From Amoeboaphelidium protococcarum X5 (Eukaryota > Fungi > Aphelidiomycota), in contig JALDTO010000266.1 in the NCBI GenBank assembly GCA_023515725.1, positions 2,374,217-2,438,216 of the forward strand: 64,000 nucleotides of DNA, given 5' to 3'. The notes beneath the pieces are model-generated. The model was not told the DNA's origin and did not search any database. It worked only from the letters and a program-made list of their open reading frames with translations. Every line of letters starts with the position of its first letter. Position 1 is the first letter of the stretch. This document shows positions 1-10,574 of this stretch, one piece after another. Made by a program: the position numbers and the translations under genes.

Positions 1-3000
1 CTACCACATCTATCGATTGGTGCACCTGGCCAAATACATCAATCTTCTAGCTAGAATGTGTTGGGTCATAAAAAGACTCTATCTCGAATAATACAGGTGG
101 CCAGATCTACTACTGCCGAGTTCGCTTCTGGAGTTAATTATTGGATGTCGAATTTCTTCCATCATTTTGGATGCGAGTTGGTAACGTTAGTGCATTATGT
201 TTGTGGCTTTGCCAAAGGGAGCGGATTGGGATTATTGTACATTCTGATGGGCATCATTCTAGCATAACGGTAGAAGAAGATGTCCACAATCTGGCCGTTG
301 TATGTGGCTCTGGTTAGTGTCGTGATGATTTTTTAATATCTCTGCGTATTAGGATATCCTCCAACTACAGAAATTCAGTTCCCTTGGGCTGGTCTTCCAG
401 TGAATGTACTGAACTGTATTGGACTACCACTGAACTATTAGTTCTTTTACATATCGCCAGATTTTTGTGTCCTACTGTTCTCTGCATTTCTACTCAATCA
501 CTTTGTGGCTGATCACAACGCTAATGAGGATGATGATTTTTATTTATGGCGGAGTTATCGAGATATGATGGATGCTGATTTTACGGTGAAGCCTCGTAGT
601 AAAGTCTCCTATTTGAAGATGGTATTCTTCCGCTATTTCATTTGGGCAGTGGTGATTCTGCTTTTTGCTAGCGGAACTGTAGCTGTGGATCTATTGCGAT
701 TTGTATTCCTTTGCTTCTCGCTGGTATTCATCGCTATTGGTGAGAACTTTATGCTTCATAAAAGAACGAGAATTAGATTCTGGAAGTTCATCAATGGTTA
801 CATGGTATTGTGGGTACTCATTTAGAATTGCTATCAGATCCTCGCCAACTTTCTTGGACTATCATCTCCTGACTCTAGGCCGTGGTATGTCGTATTTGGC
901 GTGACAAGATTCTCTGTGCAAAGTTGGGCTGACTTTTAGAGCTAGGCTTTTACACCGATCAATGTTCTGACTTTGTTCACTCTTGCGGCCGTGCTCATCC
1001 AGGTGAGAATGAACAAGAGTACGTCCATGTCACACATGTCCAAGTTTATTAAGAAAGACTCGGCCAAATCTGTGTTTCGTGCCAAAGAGTATTTGAAAAA
1101 GAAGCAAATGCAGATACTTGAGAAGAAGTTATAAACGGACACTGAGGTTTCGCTTATTCGGGAGGAAGTATCTCAGCTGAAAGGAAAGTAGAGTGATATT
1201 AATGACTGGATTCTGTTGTATGGACAAAAGCCAGACTCTGAGCATTGGATGCTTGTTGATCGGGTTGATGGTGGTGAAATTGTCGTAAAGTAGGATTATG
1301 AATTTGACAATCTGACTACGGCTGGTGAGCACTTGGGACTTAGTCGTCGTAAGTCTGATATTCGTCAAGATGCTCTTCTTAAGCCTTAGTAAAGTCAAGG
1401 GACGTTCGGTTCTGGAACGAACACCTAATCTCTTGATAGATCGACCTCATAAGTTCGCCGCCGTCTAGTTGGTACTGCTGAAGTGTAAAGCTCATAACCT
1501 CATCCAGTGTAATAATAAACTCCGGCTGATTCAGTTTAGACGTCAGTTAATCCTCGAGATTAGGTGCCGACAAAGAAGGTGTCATTATATCGTAAACTAA
1601 TAGTAAAACTACTAAAGAAGCTCTACCGATTGTCTTACAACTACACTGACATGTATGTCACTACAAGTACCAGAAATCTTATGAAAACTGACTGGTAACA
1701 CGAGTCGCTTTTATGGGCATTTCTTAAGGGCATCTTCTTTGCCATCTGTGCACATACTACGGTTATTGTTTACCTTGCAGTGTATGGAAATTAAGTGTAC
1801 CATGGGAATCTTCTTGCCATAATTCCAACGTTCTCGGTGCTGCTTGTGGCGATGCTGCAAAGACCTTATCCGTCTAGAGTGTACTGGGAGTTTCTTTTTG
1901 CAGTCGTGGAATTAACCGTGCTCATCAAGTACTTTTTCTAATTCCAGGTATTCACCTTTAATGAGCTGTAATGTAATGGTTCTGAGAATGACCTACGTGA
2001 TATTGCATACTTTGTTGGTATCTAGAAGAGTTGCGGATCATTCTTTGTTGATGTGATCACCGAGCTGATTGTCCTTCTTTGCTGTATCCTTCATCGTGGT
2101 TTAATGAGACGCCTTGGCCTCTGGTCTAACTTTCAGTATGGTGGTGCTGATAAGAAGGTCTCATCTTAAAAAGCTGATGATTAGTTATAGAAGTCGCCAG
2201 TGGTATAATTGAATGAGGATGAGAAGAAGTTGACACCCACCACCGATATACCTAAAGTTCCATTGATAACGAAAGATCAAGTCGGAGATGGTTTAAAAGT
2301 GAAGATTGATGGTCAGCCAACTGATCCGTAATTGGAACATCGCAGTTCGTGGCAATCTACGCTGACTTCAAGTCTTTAGCGATTTTACAAGACGACTGTG
2401 TAGACTTCTGAATTACCAGGACACGATTACTATTTGGGAATGATCTGCGCTGATATTTTGGCCTTCATCCTGACGATTATATTCTGGCCATCATTTTCAG
2501 GAGATGTTGTGGTGGACAATAATATTGAATTTCTTTCAGCCGTGATCAATTAGAATACGGTGCCACCACTGTTTGTGGCCATATTGGTACTCAACTTTGT
2601 TTTAATCGTCACGGATAGAGCGATTTACATTGCAAAGTCTGTAAAAGCCAAATTTTTGATGCAGTACGTGACAGTAATATCTTTCTCTGTCTGGATATTT
2701 TTTATTCTACCTACAAGTAACCGCGCCTCCTTCACCAGTCTGTAGTCTCTTTAGCTGTGGTTTTTTGTAAAATGCATTTACTGGTATTTCTCTGGTCTGT
2801 AAATCAAGTCGTCATATCCGCGAATTCGCGCTAACAATTTCTTGATGCGTCGATATGGGCGTACCAATCTTATAGCGTTCAATGTGTATCGAGTTTTACC
2901 TTTTGTCTGGGAGATTAGGAATTTTATTGACTGGGGATTGAGCGATACCTGTCTTGATCTTTATCAATGGCTGAAGTTTGAGGAGATTTATGCATCATTG

Positions 3001-4167
3001 TACGTGGTAAAGACTAATAGAGTCATTCAAGGCAAGTATGATCCTCGTCGCTTTGGCGAGTAGAGAAATAGGATGGCCAAGAAGATTTGTAGCTTTTTTA
3101 TTGTGCTTGGTATGACTTTCTTGATATGGTTTCCGCTGATTTTCTTGTCTATTCCTGGATCTACTAAACCTAATCCTGCAACATCTGCCTCCATGTCTAT
3201 AGGTATAACTGGATACGAGCCGTTTTTTGAGTAGACCATTCCGAGCCTTCTTATTAAGAATTTGACGAATGATTAGATTGGTCAGTTGCGTGAATAGTAT
3301 CCCTCTTTGTTCCCGTCATATTTATCATACAGCACCGTGTAATTGGTTTAATTTCCGAGTAACTCAATGTCAAGCTGGCAGATTAATGCTCCTTCTGAGG
3401 CGAGTCTTCGCTCATTGCTAATTGATTTTAATCAAAGTGTTCAGTTGTAAACTACAATCACTGTTGGCAAAGGTGAAAGTGTTGGATTCGTTCAGTCTAA
3501 GAATACCTTTTTCAAGTATTTGGGCCTATCTGATCGGTTTCAATTGTTATCAGTCATGAATTCATCGTCGGCTGTAGTCAATCTGACTTCGATCTACCCG
3601 ATGTTTCTTCATTCGTTATCATCTGGTGCTTTAATCAATCTAGCGTCTGATAACGGATTTCAAGCGGATGGTTAGATGCGATATGTTCAACCTGCCAATG
3701 TTCCAGGAAATGTCACTAGTGGCAACAATTCAACTACTAATGCTTCGTCAATAAGTGCTATAACTGTTTCTGATGACTGGTGGGAACTGCGTGTCAACAA
3801 TACAAGATAAGGGACTAGTTCTGCTGAATTTGAGGCGCCATAGTTTCACATACTCTCTGAGAATATTCCAACATTCAGTGCATTATCATCAGGCTCTGTC
3901 ATTGGACTTTATGTGGCTGTAGTGTTCACAGTGGCGCGAATTGTTCGCGGTGCCATCTCCGGACTAAGTTAAAAGATTATGTATGAAGATCTTCCTTATC
4001 CTGATACGGTCCTCAAAATGTGTCAAGATATCATTTTGGCTAGAGAAATGCGCCAGTTTGATGTTGAAGAGTCGCTGTATTATTAGCTGATCACATTATT
4101 CAGATCTCCTCGGATGCTATTGGAATCCACTCGGATGCCACTCAACAATTAGCAGCCTACCGGATGA
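1..4167 (+). CDS. PIEZO: Piezo-family mechanosensitive ion channel, C-terminal part (5'-truncated by window)
   Basis: Frame 1 is open from base 1 to TGA at 4165-4167 (a second TGA follows) when TAA/TAG are read as Gln. It has many TM segments, the PFEW-like motif 'YRVLPFVWEIRNFIDW' and the C-terminal signature 'IMYEDLPYPDTVLKMCQDIILARE...EESLYYQLITLFRSP'. Confidence 0.93.
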
Positions 4168-4274
4168 TGATTTAGCACTGGCAATGAAGCTACTGAGCAA
4201 TATTCCATGTTATGATATAAAAGGGGTAAATAGAGTAAAAATTCATTATATTGCATTCTATTTATCTCATTCAG

Positions 4275-5249
4275 TCAGTGCATTTTCATTATGATGAAAC
4301 AATTTACATTTTGAACAGCAACAGCTTTTAATAAAAACCTCACGCTCTTTTTAGTACTAGGTGATACAACCACCAACTTTTACTATAATGCACACGCCTA
4401 AATTAGTAAATTGAACGCAATATCATTTTAATCTTGTTACTCGGCGGCAGAAATGGTAGTAGTATTAACGGGAGACTATGCAGCAGTTATGAATAAGTGA
4501 CTAAACTTTAGCGGTTATACAATGTCCATATTGTCTTGAACGAAACCCATGACTTTAAGATGATCGTATTAAAATATTTCCATATTACTGTTATTCTTGA
4601 CTGAGTAATTAATGCATGTATGTATGGTCAAACTACCACATCCAATATCAAGTTTTGGCAGTAAAAATTCGCGTTAAAGAGGCAAGGTTAGCAGTTCGGT
4701 ATGCGGGGGAATATAATCATCATCTTGGACGAACTAACAAGAGGCAGCATGGGGAGGCAACGCGCGTTTAAGCTATGGAGAACCACTTTAGAATGCCACG
4801 TAATGAAGATTATAAGAATCGCTTAAGACTGCACCTGGTAATTGCTTTGTAATTTCAAAATTGATGGAAGAGTCCACTGAAAATAACACAATACAAGTCT
4901 ACTCAGACAAGTGTCCATTAACCTTCAATCGCCGCATGAGGGAGTCAAAGCTGGTAGAAATTAAATCGCCTTTACTCTTTATACCATCGCCAGGAAATTA
5001 CAATCCCATAACCGCACCGCCAACTTTATTTAGATTGGTAGTATAATCACACTCGAACGCAATGTTGAGGCCATTACTACTTGCACTATGATACTGAGCC
5101 ACAGCGATTTAGATAAAAAGTTGCTTCTTCAGTCGTTCCAACAGAATGATGATGGATCGCTTCACATAGCTCTAAATTGCCATCTGATTACTTAAAGTTC
5201 CCAACATTTTACCGTCATTAGGTATAAGAATCAGTAATCTATTCGTCAT
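4275..5249 (-). CDS. 324-aa protein, vWA-like N-terminus; candidate divergent Integrator subunit 14 (INTS14/VWA9) homolog
   Basis: Uninterrupted ATG(5249)-TGA(4275) frame under table 6, absent from the ORF track. Segments 'LDIGCGSLT', 'LKVMGFVQDNMDIVQPLKFSHL' and 'FNLLIQACALQQKLVVV' resemble recalled INTS14 segments in the same order. Confidence 0.6.
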
Positions 5250-5378
5250 CTTTATCGTTGAATTGATTCTCGTTTTCAAAATAACGCGTGATAAGAGAAC
5301 CTGGAAAATAGAAGAGGAGATTGATCAACTCCATTCAAATTCTGGATCAAAATTATAGTTTCAACTCGTTCACGGTTA

Positions 5379-6338
5379 TCATAGTTGACAATATCCCCAA
5401 GGTTCGTATTTGCATAAGGTTGCAAGAGGATCTTCTCCTTCTGCGGATTTTAATAACTACTTAACCCATCTTAGCAAAGTGTTTGTTATAGCCCAATCAA
5501 CACTGTTGGACAAGGCATCTATGGCGAGGACATGTCTCTTCTTACAATTCAAACCACATTTTGGAGAGGCGAGTGCTGCGCCATGAGTCCAAGCAATGTT
5601 ACGCCATAATATCACCGTCTAATCAACAGCGAAAGTAAGCAGGCCTTGAAAGCGCGACACGTCCACTGCTGGCTTGTAGATGTCCACCAGAACTGGCATC
5701 ATTTGTGCTGAGACATCAACAAAGATTCTGTTAATGATCTGGTTATCAGCGAGATGGGTAGAAGGATCGTCAACCTGAATTTCATTAGCTCTTTGACCAG
5801 CATAAGCGAGGTCATAGTTGATATGAGCATTCATACCATAGAATAGGTTCTGGGCTAGCATTGTTTCGTTCTAGTCATAGACATTCAACCAGGTTGTCCA
5901 TGGCCGAGGTAGCTTATCAACATGTCCCAACTCCCAGTCCAGCAATGCTTCCCTGTAAATATCAGCAAAGTCCGCCATATATTGCCCAACCCAAGTAGCG
6001 TTATTAAAAGTGTATTTCTATCCAGCATTAGCAGGTCCTAAATACTTCATCGTTTCATCGGTAACTGCCAGGTACGTAATGGAAAATTCAGCACGGCGAT
6101 CGCCAGTCCTGATGAAGTGCCGGGTAACAGACTTTAGACAATCGTATGCAACAGTTAGATTTTGGTCAATGGTGACATTCAGTATCCTAAGCAACTCTTA
6201 ATCTCTACCTACACCGGGCGTAGCATTATCAGTAGCATTAAATGAGGGACTTGAAACAACAATCTGCTATGATCCTCGAGCAGGTATAGCATTACAGCTC
6301 AGCATTAGCAAAGCACCAATTAAAAGTTCTTTGATCAT
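5379..6338 (-). CDS. Secreted DUF5995-like protein (319 aa)
   Basis: Intronless frame. Signal-peptide-like start MIKELLIGALLMLSCNA. Motifs 'DRRAEFSITYLAVT', 'FADIYREAL' and 'GMNAHINYDLAYA' are typical of DUF5995. Confidence 0.75.
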
Positions 6339-6802
6339 CTTCGTTAAGATTCTACAAAATATTCTTAATGCGAAGTCTTTAAGTAAAGTACTCCGATAAG
6401 CGTAATAGGGGATATATTGAGCCGATGAAGCCGATGAGGCGCTGGGGAGACTTTGGCCGACTTTCAAACGATCGACCGATCGACAACGCTCCTCGTTAGG
6501 CGAGTCAGACAATGAAACATATAACTAGATTTTATCATAAAGAGCCATAGCTAAGAAGTGGATTACTCACCTCAAATTTTAATCCTAACATTATTATGAG
6601 ATTGATAAAGCTTTGATGCCGCAATCGATTATAATTTGAGATGAAACGGCGAGGTATTGATTGTAAAGCAAGTAGTTATCAAGCATGCATTTACTTTAAG
6701 TTGTTGATATGAAAGCATGAATAGTAGGTAGAATAAGTGTAAGTAGATTTCTTAGTAAATTAAACGTCATTCAGATTATTGCAGTAAGTATATTACTAAA
6801 AA

Positions 6803-7600
6803 TCAACATTCCCCTGGCGCTTTTACTAAATCACGGCCTATAGCATGTACCAAATTCTATGGCGCATTCACATTAGGTGCATTTATATCGAATGGGAAAG
6901 TGTGCGCACGATCTCTAGCAGAATTCTCACAAAAGACTTTAAATTGCACCGGTGTCAAAAGTATAAGTGGCGAATGAGACGCGTAGAGAGCAGCGAATAC
7001 TTGAGCAAGTCTGCTCTTCTCATACCAAGGGCGCCCTGCAGCATATGGTCTATCAGTTTTCAACTCTGTACAGGGCAGTACCTTGCCGGATTCAGGTCAG
7101 ATACCCTCAGATCACATTTACTAGCATAATCATACGTGGAATCCGCCATGAATCCTCCAACCACCACTTTTTACTGGTCTTCTAACTTGATTTTGACAGA
7201 CATGCAGGCTGCAATTGTTTTGAACGAATGATGCAGATTCATTGACACCATAGATTCTTCAACATTTGCTTCATCTCTAAGAGTTGAATTCGTCGCCTTT
7301 CAACTTGATATGACTAATATGGTAACAGCCCGCAAGCGGCCTTACAACGAATGCACTGACAACTGTGCTGCTGTTGAGGTTCATGATGCTGAACCCATAC
7401 GCGTTAAACGCACCGGTAGTCTGAAGACGCGATATGTTATCTAAGCTGTCATCATTCATATCAAGTACGGTGCGGTAAATGCCAGGATGGGCATTATCAT
7501 ATGTCAGCCAAATTGCATCAATGAGTCCTAACCAAGACCTCAACTAGAATATGATATCCGGAATGCATTCCAAACAAAATGATAAACGCGCGCTTTTCTT
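6803..7600 (-). pseudogene. Frameshifted PD-(D/E)XK (restriction-endonuclease-fold) gene remnant
   Basis: Three segments in alternating frames (shifts near 7285 and 7100) join as '...VVGGFMADSTYDYASKCDLRVSD/PESGKVLPCTELKTDRPYAAGRPWYEKSRLAQVFAALY...', giving a D...ExK...Q pattern. No in-frame ATG was found. Confidence 0.5.
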
Positions 7601-7761
7601 TCATTCATTGGGAAATCTTAACCGCCGTGAGTGGTCGCTTTACACTCATAGTCAATATTCACACCACAGTAATCACTTTAGAAGACTTTATCGCCTTAAA
7701 GATCGAATTAAGAGTTGCAGCGAATTCACGACACCATATTTTTGTAGTGTTATAAAGCATT

Positions 7762-8130
7762 ATGGAAGAAGCAGCGCGATAAAGACTGTAAAGATTAAAA
7801 GGTGCAATGGCTAGTGGATAATTGTAGCGTGATCCTGAGAGTGTAGAGACTCACAATTCTGAGGTGAAGCATCTTAACAATACCCAGTAATAGAGTTAGT
7901 AGGAGTTCAAGCCAGCGAATATGGAGGCTCTCGCTGATTAGTATGAGCACTAGTTGGAAGATCAAGTGAAGACTATGCGATAGTAAAGCTAGTTGGATTT
8001 GGAAGATCTAGCTCCTAAAAAGATTGACTGGGATCTGAAGCGCGATATTGAATCTCAGCTGTAAGTACTTGAAGCTGCCACGCAGCGTAAAATTATTGAA
8101 TTGGTTAAATAGCGATTAGATTAAGCATGA
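7762..8130 (+). CDS. CWF18: Cwf18/CCDC12 pre-mRNA splicing factor (122 aa)
   Basis: 'MEEAARQRLQRLK...LDLEDLAPKKIDWDLKRDI...ATQRKIIELVKQRL' ending in TGA. Invisible in the standard-code ORF track. Confidence 0.88.
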
Positions 8131-8259
8131 TATTACTTTAGAGGAAATTGGGCGCTATGCCCAGCTATCTGTAAATTGAAAATAAAATGCAAATCATACT
8201 ATACATCTCGATGAATCAAGGCTTGATGCCAATTTCAAAATTTAATTTCATGATTTAAT

Positions 8260-9762
8260 TCATTACTAGTTCTGCTTTTAACTTTCGTCTTGGTAAGGCA
8301 TTTATTATTGAAACTGCAGTTACTGTTAAGGAGGCATTTACTGTTGAGGAATGAACTACTATTACTACATGGCAATTCCAGCTTGTGGGTTGTAAAAACC
8401 AAAGTACTGCTGCTACTATTATAGTAATAACATAGGATCCAAAGACATTGCCATAGGCATTCCATAGAACTGTGAATAATCAACACCAGAATCTTGCTAA
8501 CCAGGCTGATAGAATGTCTCAACCTTCTAAGGCTATTACTATTACTGCTGTTGCTATTACTGTTATTGCTACTACTATTACTACTACTATTATTACTGAT
8601 GCCTTTAAATTTTCTGTTAGTGCCTTTGCTATTAAAGCTACTGTTAATGTTTACAATCATCTTGAATCTTGGTAATCAAGTCCCAAACCAACTTTAAGCC
8701 ACGCTTCAAATCTTCAGCAGACGCGTTAGTGAGAGTGATGAACATTGGAACTTCCAGTTCAGCCTGAGTATCCGGCTCTTTAAAATTAGATCCGATACCG
8801 CGCAATTGAATCTTTGTATTAGTAGTGCTTTAAATATACTTTACATGAGATCCTGCGGCACCAATAACTTTCGATCTAATCTAGGTCGGTTGCAAGTTTG
8901 TCATCTCAAGCTCTTTCGCCAGCTCAATCGTCTCCTCTACTGTAGTCTTATTCTAAGCTACATTAGAGAATGTCTCAGTGATCACAATCTCCTTGTCCAG
9001 CATCTCCTTGATCATCTAACACGCTTTAACCATCATCTCGTTATGAGACGCCCTCAAATAAATATGCATCAGAGGTTCAGCCCGCGTGGCCTTGCTCTTG
9101 TCCGGGGAGTACTTGCCTCGGCTCACAATATCGAAAGTGGCATGCTTTTAGTTCTTCAAATCAGGCAACGACAGGCAAGTTTACCGTATAATTTACAAAC
9201 TCTCTTCTCTACACACCAAATATCGATTTCGCACATCATTCACGTAGATTACTTTGATAAAATCATTCAAATCGCGTTCATGCTAATTAGGATCAACATT
9301 GGGTACAAGTTTCGGTTTACCATATACATCAAGATTATTATCATTCTCAGCAGAAGCAGAATCAGCCTATGCTTAATCATGGCCGTTAGATGGAAGGGGA
9401 GGAGCATCCAGTGTCGGAGGCAGAGGAGGTAAATCATCATCAGCGGGAGGCGGCGGAGGTGGAGGCATCGACGGCGGAAGTGGGGGAGGAGAAGATGGTG
9501 GTGGTGGTTAATGGGAGTCAGGCAATGGAGGCGGCGATAGTAAATCTAATTCAGATTCTTCAGCTTTGACTTCGACCTACTATGGATCGACAGACTTGTG
9601 CAACTTTGCTAGTAACAACGCACTTGCTTTTGATCGAGCCTTGGAAATCGCGTCCAATTCTTCATTATCAACCTCTTTTCTCTTTCTACATTATAATATC
9701 CGATATGTATAATTGAATTGATCTGCATGTAACTAGCCAGTTTACCTTTAGAATCGATCCAT
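8260..9762 (-). CDS. KH-domain splicing factor, KHDC4/BLOM7-like, with Pro-rich N-terminus and poly-Gln tail; intron 9686-9745
   Basis: Motifs 'YVNDVRNRYLV', 'SRGKYSPDKSKATRAEPLMHIYL' and 'KVIGAAGSHVKYIQSTTNTKIQLRGIGSNFKEP'. The GTAAAC...ATGTAG intron keeps the frame. Confidence 0.8.
8533..8598 (-). repeat. Coding poly-Gln tract of 22 codons (16 TAA/TAG, 6 CAA/CAG)
   Basis: TAR and CAR codons are interleaved in one frame inside the KHDC4-like gene. Confidence 0.9.
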
Positions 9763-10574
9763 TCTGTACCAATAGAAACAGTCAACGAAAATCAAGAGTT
9801 TCGCGTAAGTATAATAGGACAGAACAAAAGAGAGAGAGAGAGTGCTGCAGGTAGTTGGCGAGAACAGCGAGGCGAAAAACACAGTACATCCAAAAGAGCA
9901 GAAGAAACGAGCTATATTACATTTAAAGACCGCTAAACAAGTGAATTTTATATATCGCATTATAGATTATCTAATAATCCAAAGTGGCGGTCAGACTGTT
10001 TCGCGCAGTTCAATCTGGAAATTCAGGTTGGTTCGCGCTGAGTAACTGAAATACTGATCGGACTTGGAATCACGCTCCAGTTATACAGCTACAATTAGAG
10101 GAAATTGAATAGAGTGTATCAAACAAATTGTGAACTTTAAACACTATTTTTTGAACATAATATCAAAAATGGTTGGACCTAAGAACACGCTTATCTGATA
10201 ACGGTACAGCTAGTTGAATGAAGCCAATCACACGGAATGGGCTTACAGTTGTGAGTTAGCCAACACCAGGATTAATCTAAGTCGATAGAATAAAATAACT
10301 CCAAAGATATTTGAAAGGATACTAGATCTATCAATCACTCTGTTCAGGTGAGGCTCTATGTAATAAGTTTACATCTATGACGTCAAATGTTTGTTTGAAA
10401 CAACGCGTAATCAAACACTTCCGGAATAGGCAAGTGCTCTCGGCGCCTCTTTATCCGATACGATCGGATTATCCGTTTCCTCTCCTCGTCTCTTTGCATA
10501 CATTCATTCACTTACATCATATCTGCATCTCTAATAGCAGATTGTCTCAACTGTATATTGATTGAGATTCTGTG

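Noticed and set aside
8235-8697. Track ORFs with poly-Leu, poly-Asn/Ser and poly-Thr/Ile
   Set aside because: They are alternative-frame and antisense shadows of the TAR/CAR poly-Gln tract.
8806-9432. 208-aa plus-strand ORF, the longest in the track
   Set aside because: Antisense to the KHDC4-like gene, TTG start and no motifs.
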